Below are positions 45,341 to 56,300 of a stretch of DNA of 64,000 nt, piece after piece (position 1 is the stretch's first letter; every line of letters starts with the position of its first letter). The position numbers and the translations under genes were made by a program. Below the pieces are notes generated by a model. The model saw only the letters and a program-made list of their open reading frames with translations. It did not search any database and was not told the origin of the DNA. Origin of the DNA: Curvularia clavata (Eukaryota). The DNA is taken from NCBI GenBank assembly GCA_023920165.1, contig CP089275.1, forward strand, positions 4,402,001-4,466,000, read 5' to 3'.

Positions 45341-47009
45341 GGTTCTGTGGCTGAACTACTTTGGGGTACTGGCTTCTGCTTCGGGCCTTCCCTACTACTA
45401 TGATCTGCTCATTTTAGCTAGCAACATGGCTTGAGGCGGTCATCGACGCGTTCTTGTAAAGTTTGAAAATACGACCAAGGCTCTTTAGGCAGGGTTTCAC
45501 CTGTCATTGTTTCGAAATAGGCTCTAGTTTTGCATGTTAGCACGCAATTGTGGCCACTGGCGGAGCCCGGATCATTGAGTCGTTCTAGTGAACATGGACA
45601 AGGCAGATGGGAACATCGCAGTCAGTCTTCGGAAAGCCCTGGTTGATCCAGTTTGCTCCGGAATCGGTTTGTTCGGACATGCGCTGACGGTGTCGTATAC
45701 GCCTCGTGAGCATGTACGCGTTCGCGCGCGCATGGATGTCAAAAGTATTGGAGCGTGGGCGCTTTTCGAACGGAAGCAGGAGCCCAACCTTGTGTACGCT
45801 TTGTATCAATAGTCTAGAACAAAGGTTTAGTAACCAATTCCAGAAACGACAATCAACTTGACAAAAAGGATCACAGATCCAATTTCCAAATAGGTCTGTG
45901 ACGTAGGGTACTTCTTGGTTGGGTAGAAATCCCAAGCTAGGGGGTCCAGTTTGCGGGTGCCGGCGGATTGAGATCTCACTGGCGATCTTCATATCAGAGA
46001 AAATCCTCGCCAACCACGAGGCTGGGGCCCACAGCGCAAAGCAATTACAGGTGGACGCTGTGATGACATCGCCTAGCAGACGGGCTGAAGCCGCCGTTGT
46101 GAGCTCGGTCGGTGGCTAGCTTGAGTTTGCCGAGCTAAGGGGAAAGAGGCTGGCCGTTGTCTCTAGCCAACAGGACAGTTACCGGTGCCGTTAACAACGG
46201 CATTGGGTTGCATGGCAAAGCGAACAAAGAGCCGCGACGATGACCGTATGGTAGCGAAGGGCTGGCGAAACCTTTGTGGCTGGGTGGCCGAATCGAGGCT
46301 TGACCTATCATCTATCTTCTCTCCCCTACCTCACCTTGCATCTCAAACCTTCCCTTTGTCCCCCTGGACATACCAATCCCTTGGTCGCCCATTTGCTGCG
46401 TAGTGCTCCCTCGTCCTGTCTACCTGCTGTTTGCGGCCAAAGCCAAGCAAAAGCAATTACTAACAGCCAGCCAAGCGCACGTCAAAATAGACCTCAAACA
46501 CGGCAAGGCTTGCAGCAGGATGCGCTTGTGCTTTGCAGCTGCATGGCCCTTGAAATGAGCCAGACAGCAGCGCCCAGACGACCTGTCTGTCTTTGCTTTT
46601 TTTTCTCGACTCCGAACTCGAGGCTTTACCAGACCTGGTTACAAGTGGCCGGTCCGCTACGTTACCCCAGCCGACTGCTAGGCTTGCGGGACTATGCCGA
46701 CCGGGTTTGCCCGCCTTGTTTCATGGCGCGACTGGGTTTGCCCTGCTAATCCGTCAGCTCAGCCAGCGCACGTAAAGTTGCACAGGGCTTCGTCGCATAA
46801 CACTGCAGAGTAGGGACCGCACACTAAATATGGCCCTGCAATCCTTTCCATGCCATATATGTGGTGGTTAAGGCATCTGTCTGTGTACCTCCGTAGCACT
46901 CTCAACACCACCAGTTCACTCACTTGTTTTTTGGCTAGTCACCGCGACTTGTTTTAACTAGGTCCCTTAGTCACTCCTTTTGCTTTTTCACTATTGTCTT
47001 TTGTCTAAT

Positions 47010-47842
47010 ATGGTTGGGTGCCGGTCTCTCCTAACGGTCTTTGTGACCTTGGCGGCGGTTGTGAAGAGCCAGCAGTGCTACGGCATTGACGGATCGGTGC
47101 TCGATAAATCATACACACCATGCAATCCTGGTGCAAAGAACAGTGGTTGCTGCGCCAGCGGTGACTTGTGTTTGAGCAATGGACTGTGTATGGGAACTCA
47201 AGGGGCCTCAATTGGCATGATCTTCTCAAGAGGTTGCACAGATGCCACAGGAAAGGATGTGGCATGCCCGCAACAATGTCGTGGTGGTACGTCTACAGGA
47301 GCCTGTATTCAATATATGAAACCCCTAACAATCCAATAGTTTCCAACATAGCCACCAACACCAACACATTCCCAGCATGGCAACTCCAGACTTGTAACTC
47401 GGGCGAATACTGCTGTCGCGCAGCCAACTCGACAGAAAGCTGCTGCAACGATCCTACAGCGCCCCAAATTACAACACTGCTCAACGCAACCCTCCAAGTA
47501 CCAAGCCCAGTCCCAACAGCAACCCAAACTCCCAAGCAAGAGTCCCCATCTCCCAACTCGTCTCCCTCAACATCCGCCTTACCCGTATGTAACAAGCAGA
47601 ACAACCACACTGCTGCTGTTGTCGGCGGTACCCTTGGAGGTATCCTCGGTGGCATCATCCTTGGACTAGCTCTGACTGTACGATACATGTACAAGCGCGA
47701 GCGACGCCAGCGCCGCCTCAAAGAGCACTACGAGACGCAAATGTCAAAGACCAATGCGTACAGAAAGGCGCTGGAGTCGTCGGCTGGATCCGCAAGACCC
47801 AGTCTATCCGTCGATGAAACAAAGTCTGATTCTTCCGACTAA
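47010..47842 (+). CDS. Cys-rich type-I membrane protein (Mid2/Skg6-like architecture)
   Basis: Signal peptide, then CY...PC...CC...CLSNGLC...RGCTD...CP..C, intron ~47287-47339, YCC...CC, an S/T/P stalk, TM AVVGGTLGGILGGIILGLAL and a basic stop-transfer KRERRQRR. Confidence 0.82.
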
Positions 47843-48983
47843 ACAGCCAGAACAGCCAGGAAACTCTTCATATGTATACTACCAATTGATACCCGACTTT
47901 CTTTTTGTTTTCCTGTTGAGTTGTTGATTCTCGACATTCTTTTCCTTAACTTTCTTTTTTCCTATTAAGATTAGCGCCGGTGTTTTCCATGGATATTATG
48001 CAAATGGGATGGATTAGATTCTTCAGGCAGGCATGGAGTCGACGATTACTAACGATCCGGACGGAACGGTATGTGGTGTGTGTTGGGTATGGCATTGGCT
48101 TCGGTCCGGCATCGGCCTTGGATATCACCGACTTTCTTCTGCCCAAATCCCCCTTTCCCTTTCTTTGCTCTATTTGGGTACTCCTTTTCTTCCCCTCTGG
48201 AACCTAGACTCGGTTTGTCAGCGAGGAATGCGGGAATCCGGTCTCCTCACCCTCCGGGTCTGCGGGCTTACATCTTAGTCAGCCCTAATTTTCCTTTGTT
48301 TGTATCATTGACTTTTATTACCTTCTCATATAAGAGTAGTGCTTCCTCTCTGTAGGTCGCGTCAACTCTCCTATTGTAGATCCGAAAGTAAGCGGGCGTT
48401 ACCCGTGCTGCTTTTCGACTTGCCTCACAGCACTTTTCAGGACTTTATAGCGCAAAAAGCTAAAGCCAAATGAAGATAAAATATCGACGGGATCTTAGAC
48501 CAAGGAAAAGCTATTCCTCTTAAGACCCGAACGTAATAGATAATGTTTTGCTACGTATATAGATGGGCCGGATAGAACGAATAATTGATAACGCAAATAG
48601 AAATATTACTAAGAAATCGTCCCAGGCTGCCCTCGTTATCACACTTCTTTACAAGAGAAAAGAAATAAAATAAAAAAAGTTTCGTAATATGTCGCGGTGT
48701 CAACTGTACCCCTTCATAATATACTTCTGTCTGCAGAAGACAGGCCACGGGTCACAGAATCCTTCAGAAGAATTACAATTTGATCAATTTGTGTTCGGTT
48801 AATGTAAGATGGTGCAATCTGACAAGGGCATGCTGTAACATTCTGAATGAAAGCCAATTGCGCATATATCAGTGCATATGGCAAGAACAAAAACCACTTT
48901 GAGATGACAAGCAAGACGAGGTAACGCAATCACACATTCAGAGAATATAGATCCTTTCCCAATCTAGGATCGCCACAAAATCT

Positions 48984-51289
48984 TCAGCGTTCCACCTCTC
49001 CCAACTTACCCATAAGCAGTGCGTCTACTCTCCCCCCTTTAGCCATACTTCCCTCCCCCTTCGGCATACACAACAAAGCATTTGCACCCCTAAAACTACC
49101 AATGCGACTGCTCCTCTGACCTCCTGTGGAGCTTGCATACAAGAGTCCGTCTTCCTTCGTGACCACAAGTGCACGATGGTACTCCGGCCTCCCTTTGTCC
49201 ATCCTGATATCTTCTTCCAGCACAACCTTCACGCGCGGCAGTCCTACAGGCTTGATGCCCGCCTGCTGGTGCAGTGCCGGTAGCACAAACAGGTGAAAGC
49301 AAACGACAGCTGAAGCGGGGTTACCCGGTAGAGAGAAGATAGCCTTGGTGACGGAGTTGCCGGCATTGTCTTTCACAGGGACTGTGGCAAATGTGGTTGG
49401 TTTACCAGGTTTCATGTTGACGCGACCAAAGTGGATTGTGCCGCCGAGGGAACGCTCAATGGTCGGCTTGAGTAGGTCGAGCTCGCCCATGGAGACGCCA
49501 CCTGAGGTGATGATCACATCGCATCTGCGCATAGCATCGCGAAGGGTTTGTTCCAGATTACCTGGCCTAGCGGGGGAAGAGATTGTTAACTTTACTCAAT
49601 TAGAGATGGCAAAAACGTACTTATCTGAGACAATGCCTAGATCGATGACCTCGAATCTATGGCTTCGAGCAGCAGTAATGAGCGTAGGGCGATTGGTATC
49701 GCGGACTTCTCCCAGTCGGAGTGGGCCTTCCCTGTCGTGTGGGATAATTTCGTCTCCTGTACTTAGAACACCAACTATGGGTCTTCTGTACACTGACACT
49801 TCCCGTGTGCCGACCGAAGCGAGCAGTCCAAACTCTCCGCCTACGACTGTGACGCCTTCGCCCTTCTTCAGAATAATCTCGCCTTCCTTCACATCGCTAC
49901 CTACTTCACGCACATTTTCATTTGCTGTAATCTCGTCCGTGAGGATCTCGATTTCCTTCTCCTCTTGGCCGTCGTCTGTCAGGGTCTTAATCACCGTGTC
50001 TTCTACCATGACTACAGCATCGGCACCAGGCGGAAGCGGTGCGCCTGTCGTAATCCTCGCAATCTCACCCTCTTTCAATTCTTCAACCTCACCAGGCTGG
50101 GCGTGTGAGATGATAGAGACTGGGTACACGCCTTTTTCAAACTTGCCAGAAGATGGGATCTTGATTGCGTAACCATCGACGATGCTAGCCCTGAAAGCTG
50201 GAACAGACTCGGTAGCCTTGACGTCTTCGGCAAGGACAGAACCTCCTATTTTCATGTTTACAGGGACCTTCTCTACGACAGGAGCTGGAGTCTGCTCTGC
50301 AATGAGTTTCAGCGCCTCGTCGACGGCCAACATAGGATATGGTGAAGAGCGGTATCTTCTACTTGGTCCCGCTGAAGGATCGTTTGACTGCGGACGATCT
50401 TCTGGCCTTGTGTGAGCTCTTGGTCCTGCATGACCACCATGAGCATGGGAGTGTCCATGTCCATGATGGTGGTGGTGATGATGTCCACCTCCATTTCCGG
50501 TCCCTACCATTGTCCGTTAATACTGATCAGATAGTAAGCACGATATTTTACATACCAGAAACAGAGGCACTGCCAGATGAGACGCCTGCCTCCTTCTCCA
50601 ATTTCTTTACCCCACCGGCATGAAGCGGTCGTGAATCTGCACCAGCTGCTTGAATGCATGCGTGTGGTAGCAACTTCAGCACTGCCTCTAGATTCTCTTT
50701 GGCACCTTTGGGTGAACCAGGTAGGGTCAAAATTAAACTTTGTTTCCGTACTCCGGCAACAGGCCTTGCCATTAGGGCAACTGTCAATCATCAGCACCTG
50801 TACTTGAAAGAAGGATCGCGTGACTAACAAGGCGTGACAGCATACGACGTCGTGAGCATGCCATGACTGACCAAGCGTTAGTTTCGGAATTCATAATTCA
50901 TTCAATAATATTTGCATACATGAGGCCTGGGGCATGTCTGTCTATCAATGGTGTAACTGCCTTCTTCCGATCAGCTCTTCCGTCTCCACTATGTCCGGCC
51001 GCGTCGTGCGTACCTCTGGAGTAACATCTTTCGTAGCAAAACCAGTGCCTCCACTAGTGACGATTAAATTGACAGGCTCAGGCCCATCGGTCCACTTTTT
51101 GATAGTTTTCTGGATCGTAAGAGCATTGTCGGGTACGATGTCCGTCTCGCTAACGTCCCATTGGTTGTTTCCGAGATCACGGAAGACTTGCTTAAGGGTT
51201 GGGATGCATTTGTCGGTTGTCGGGTCTTGCGAGGCAGTTTCAGATACTACCAAAATCGCTGCCCTAAGCCTGGAATCAGTAGCGGCCAT
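48984..51289 (-). CDS. cnxE: Molybdenum cofactor biosynthesis protein CnxE/gephyrin (MogA-MoeA fusion)
   Basis: G domain (AAILVVSET, TSGGTGFATKDVTPE, TLPGSPKGAKE), a His-rich linker, and an E domain (RASIVDGYA, TTGAPLPPGADAVVMVEDT, STGDE, SGGVSMG, KPGKP, LPGNP, GGQRSSR). Five introns. Confidence 0.95.
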
Positions 51290-51668
51290 TTCGGAAGCTG
51301 GTGAGGACGAGACCAAATAGAGGGAGATGGTTTAACATCCCACTTCCTAAAGACCAAGCACGGACCACCAATCTTACGTCGAATGATTACATACTCAGAC
51401 CTCAACTTCACGCAAGCAGGATTTTTGGGTTATTCATTGATGAATGACTGGTATTTAACGCCGGTAATTGCTCATAGTACATGCATTATACAAACGCCTC
51501 CCAAATGTACATCGTACATCTTCTACAATAGTTCTCAGTAACGTCTGAACCAGCTGCCTGTGCTGGTGTCTGAAAGCACCTCTTCATTGGTTGCCTTCAA
51601 ATTTAATCAAAGAGGGACCCGATGTGTCATTTTAGAATATGGGGTAAGTCAGTGAAGTCAACCCAAGC

Positions 51669-52479
51669 TCATTCGAAGTCCTTCGCATTGCTTTGCATCA
51701 GCAGTCCAATGATGAGGCCAAACAATCCTAGAATAGCGGCGAAGATTTCAATTGTGAGGATCTTAACGAAACTAAAATGCAGTTAGTAAGAGGTATGAGC
51801 TTGACTGCATCTAGAACTAACAGTGCAGGGTCGGCGGCGTCAGCTAGGGCAGCGCTGCTTCCGTTGATGCCTACACAGACACCGCAGATCAGATTGCACA
51901 TGCCCACAGTAAGTCCAGCCCAGAAGAGGGCGTATCCAGTGAAGTAGTTGGATCCGGAGTAAAGCAGCTCCGGGTCAGTAAGCTGCGTCATCTTGGAGGA
52001 AAAGATGATGGCCATGATGACGCCGTAGATAGCGACGACTTCGCAGAAAATGATGGAGATAAGGTTCTTGGTTCGTATCCGGGGTGCCTTGACACCACCA
52101 CCAACGATAGACACACCAGTTGTCCAGATGCCCCTTTGCGACTGTCAGATGCGACCCATGTGTGCGTACATCTTCCCTGTATAAAGACATACCATGCGGA
52201 TCCTACGACGGAGAGACCGATGCATAGCGCGATTCCAAGACTAGCCCAGGTGTACGGCGATACGGTTTCGAGAAAAGCTCCAACCTAAAGCGCGATCAGT
52301 CAAATTCGCGTCAAAGATGTGTGGCGCGTTCGTACGTTGAAAGCCTCTCCTTCGTTGTGGAAGAGCATGTCTGGTCTTGGTTAGCTATGCCGTCGCTGAC
52401 GCCCCTGCGCGATGCACATACACAGGGCGACTACACCAAGGGCGGCAGTTGCGCCGCCCGTTCCGTATGTGAGAGACAT
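51669..52479 (-). CDS. VMA16: V-ATPase V0 proteolipid subunit c''
   Basis: Five exons: MSLTYGTGG...[49 protein letters not shown]...[22 protein letters not shown]...[18 protein letters not shown]...AKDFE*. Confidence 0.95.
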
Positions 52480-52706
52480 GTTGGATATAGAGTGGTCGTA
52501 GAGGCGGAGATGGATGGACGAGGTTGGCAGCTGGAGCTTCGTCGTGTTGGACGGGCTGCGAAGCTGGCGATGATGCAGGCGGAACAAGCCGCGGCGCGCT
52601 AACACCATCGGCTTAGTAACCTCCGCTCCGCGCTCCCCAACCCTCCTCGCACTCACCCAGACGTCACCTCTCTCACCAAACTCAATCCGCCGCAGACACT
52701 AGCAAC

Positions 52707-53160
52707 ATGGCCACCGATAATACCAAGTACTACGAACTCTACCGTCGAAGCAGGTATGGCATGCGACCGTGGTGACACTCTCTGGACAGCGTTAGCTGAC
52801 ATACTGCAGCCTGGGCGGCTCTCTCACAGACACGCTGGACCACCTCATTACCGAGCGCCGAATAGAGCCTCAGCTTGCCATGAAGATCCTCGCCAACTTC
52901 GATAGAGCTGTCGCCGATGTGCTTTCGGAGAAGGTCAAGGCGCGGTTGACGTTCAAGGTCGGTTGTGCTTGCGCAACACACAAGCCTCGCCATACTAACT
53001 TGGGGCGCTCTAGGGACATCTCGACACGTACCGTTTCTGCGACGACGTCTGGACATTCATCATCAAAGACATTAACTTCAAGCTGGATAACACCCACCAA
53101 ATCCACGCCGACCGAGTCAAGATTGTTAGCTGCAATGCTAAGCGACCTGGCGAAGCTTAG
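52707..53160 (+). CDS. TOA2: Transcription initiation factor TFIIA gamma subunit
   Basis: [19 protein letters not shown]...[12 protein letters not shown]...[21 protein letters not shown]...[13 protein letters not shown]. Two introns. Confidence 0.95.
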
Positions 53161-53737
53161 AGAGACCCGTCTTTTCGCTGCTGGTTGGATATGTTTAGAA
53201 GTATACAAGAAGGCCTGGCGATGGTCTGTAGCTGAGATTGCACGGAAGAAGGGGAATGTGGCGTCGCCTGCCTCGAAAGTGTCTGCCTATCGGGTTAATA
53301 TTCTGGGACGTTCAATCGGAGTTATGATATGGACAAGGAACAATCACGATACCTCTGGCATAAAAGGAGTATGGAGTTTGACATTTGTATTTGCATCAGG
53401 ACTAAGGTCCTCAGAATGGAACTAGCATAAATCGTGCGCATATCAATACTATACTTTTCTTCAGAATTTGGATACATCATGGCCCAGTGTAACGAAGCGA
53501 TGATATGACATGCGCTCAATGTGCCGTCGTTGTAGGTATGCACTCAAATCGTGGTACGAGCAATATGAGGCTGAGAGCTGCATGAAGCTACCCCATGTTT
53601 TCTGACTAGGTTCGGCACGGCATCCGTACCTTGCAGATCGTTAACCCTATCTCAATTCGAATTAACCTTCCTACTAACCCCATCACTACCTCCCACCCCA
53701 GGTCTCGCGCCCTCTCAACGAAACAAGGCTTTCGGTA

Positions 53738-54453
53738 ATGTCTCTCCCACAAACAAGATCAGCATGGCTAGTTCTTGCCATCTCTAGCGGAGCATGCGCT
53801 GCCTTCAATGGAGTTTTCGCCAAGCTGTAAGACAACCCCGCGTCATTGTCAACCTCCATGCGTACTGAACGATGTTGCAGCACAACCACGACTCTGACGG
53901 CCTCTTGGTCGAGTTCCATAGCTGTAGCAATCGGCCTTGACGCTTCTAATAAAGTCGTCGAGTATGTGATTCGTGGTGTACGTCTCCGCGCGCCTCTCCG
54001 CCTCAGCCAGATTTATCAAAACACTAATCCCACTCGCAGCTCTTCTTCGGCATGAACCTCCTTTTCAATGCCATTATGTGGGGTCTCTTTACTCGTGCCC
54101 TAACTCTTGCTTCCTCTACCGTGCGGGTCAGCATCATCAACACATCTGCAAATTTCATCGTCACAGCGGTGCTAAGCTTCATTATCTTCAGCGAGAGCCT
54201 CCCGGCACTATGGTGGCTAGGCGCAGCAATGCTAGTAGCAGGTAGCGTGATTATTGGAATGAGAGAAGAAACAGAGAAGCAAGGCGTAGTTGCCACAACG
54301 GGCGAAGCTCCACTCCTCGACCGTAATGGCGATGCAAACACCGAGACATTTAGAGACGTCGACGATGATGATGACGACGAAGACCAGTTAGAATTGAACA
54401 GCGTCAAGAATGGGGATGGCGATAGCAGCGATGAAGACGGTGTATTGAAATAG
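53738..54453 (+). CDS. TMEM42-like small DMT/EamA-related membrane protein
   Basis: WLVLAISSGACAAFNGVFAKL|TTT...|NAIMWGLFTRAL...VSIINTSANF...FSESLPALWWLGAAMLVAGSVII, with an acidic tail. Two introns. Confidence 0.85.
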
Positions 54454-54779
54454 GTTGGATCCTCACGTCGTCAACACAATACATCATAATCGTCATTCGG
54501 ACCATCCTTACTGGGTCCCGGTGATTTGAAAGGCACCACTCGCACCAGCGCAGACCAGCCCAACTTCTCGCTTCCTCACTACACAAAACACGAAATTGCC
54601 AGCGACGTCTCTTTCAACCCTCGTCAGCGAGCAGCCCGACTGCGCGCTGTCGACGTCTTTGGGATTGGTCCATCAGACAACTCCATTTCTTCCGCCCTTC
54701 TTATAGCATACAACGAACCCCTTCCTGTTTCTTCCCCCACATCAGCATACATGGTCAGCACTCGCATTAGCTCAGCAAG

Positions 54780-55850
54780 ATGGCCAACGATATTTCATCC
54801 AAGGCGCTTAACCCTAATAGTCCTGATTTCTCCCCAGCCAGAATATCGTCTCCCAGAACGATTGCAGCAGGCGGCGAAGTTTCTATGAGCGTATCACGTC
54901 TGCATTCATCACAGAACCCAGTTCCAACCCCGCTCCATGCGAATGCCAAAAACAACGGGTTCTCTTTTCCGTATACCTATCAAGGTACCACATACTACAC
55001 TCGTCCGCCACCGCCACTACCACCACCACTACTGCCGCATGACAGCTGGGTTCCGTTCTACGTTATGAACCACATGATGGAAAATGGATACAGCATTGCT
55101 CAAAGCAACGGATACAGCCACCACCATGGCAATGGCAATGGTTACGTCCAGTCGTTCAACACTGATTACAGTAATCAATACCATACTGGCTACACTGTTC
55201 CCCACTACAACAACAACTTCCATCAGCACTTCTACAACTACAACTGTAGCAACACCTTCCCATTTACCACTCCCTATATCAATGGAAACCCAAATTCTGA
55301 CCTCTCCGCGCCCTTCACAAACCAGATCAGCCACGTTCATGGTATTCGCTCTGGTTTAATTGGCCAACAAACCACACCAATCAGGCAAGATAATTTGATC
55401 AGCGACAATGGACAAGCCGGTAACGGTGAGTGGAAGAAAAAGAAGAACAAGCGGAACAAGAGGAAGAAGCCCAAAAAGAACAAGGACAAGAAGAACGGCG
55501 ACGCGGCCAACAGCGGTGACGAGGTCGATATAGGTGAGGATGTTCCCGTTGAGGCCAACGGTAATCAGGCCGACCGGAACGGAGAATTTGAGGCCCACAG
55601 CGACGGCAACCAAGTTCATGACAATGGCGTTGTTGATGTTCAGGCAATCAGCAATGGTGAGGTCAACGGCAAAGTCAACTCTGAAATTGCAGTGAAGCAG
55701 AACGCACACGTTGATACCGAGGTTAAGAGCAACAGCAAAGCCGACCTGTCCAATCTACTCAGCGGCGACCTATTTTATGAGTACGCAGAAGTCAATGATG
55801 AGATCAACGGGATGAACAATGGCAACGACGAACAGCAACGGCAGCATTGA
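54780..55850 (+). CDS. Low-complexity hypothetical protein (356 aa) with a PAM2-like motif, N/Y/H-rich region and polybasic tract
   Basis: Uninterrupted 1071-nt ORF with coherent compositional blocks: SSKALNPNSPDFSP, a poly-Pro stretch, an N/Y/H/Q-rich middle, WKKKKNKRNKRKKPKKNKDKK and acidic NG repeats. Confidence 0.7.
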   Translation: MANDISSKALNPNSPDFSPARISSPRTIAAGGEVSMSVSRLHSSQNPVPTPLHANAKNNGFSFPYTYQGTTYYTRPPPPLPPPLLPHDSWVPFYVMNHMMENGYSIAQSNGYSHHHGNGNGYVQSFNTDYSNQYHTGYTVPHYNNNFHQHFYNYNCSNTFPFTTPYINGNPNSDLSAPFTNQISHVHGIRSGLIGQQTTPIRQDNLISDNGQAGNGEWKKKKNKRNKRKKPKKNKDKKNGDAANSGDEVDIGEDVPVEANGNQADRNGEFEAHSDGNQVHDNGVVDVQAISNGEVNGKVNSEIAVKQNAHVDTEVKSNSKADLSNLLSGDLFYEYAEVNDEINGMNNGNDEQQRQH

Positions 55851-56300
55851 TAGAACTAACGGTAATAGTGGCGTGGATGCTGATGCACACCGCGAGTAGA
55901 AGTAGAGAAGCTGCTAAGATTTAGAGCCTAGACTAATACGGGATAGAATATATGGTTTTTTCTTTTGTGGAGTGAGGAAGTTAATACGTGTCCATTGCCT
56001 CTGCGGAGGGCTGCAGACTGATACGCATTCTCAGTAATCGTCTTGGGCTTTTCTTCTGTAGAGGCGGTGGACTATTCGGTTGCAGGGACAATACATTTGC
56101 ATAATCTGGGTTCTTAGTTTCTCGTTGTTCATTTCATTTCATTCAGAATTGCGACTTTTTTAATCATTGTGGGAAAATGGCGTGTTGATGGTTTCTCTTT
56201 CGGTGCTACTAAAGGTAATCCTTCCTTTAATAATTTGATTTCCTTTCTTTTCCCTTATCTATTTCCAATGGAATCATACACACACACCCTCTCTCTTTGC

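Noticed and set aside
48360..48720. AT/TpA-rich stretch resembling a RIP-degraded repeat
   Set aside because: No terminal repeats or transposase remnant visible. It needs a RIP-index calculation and a genome-wide repeat search.
54809..54817. TAACCCTAA, identical to a TTAGGG telomerase RNA template, in a ~1.85-kb interval between TMEM42 and DDB1
   Set aside because: It lies within a coherent 356-codon ORF where it encodes LNPN. I could not identify a pseudoknot or CR4/5 element. A covariance-model search with fungal TER models would settle it.
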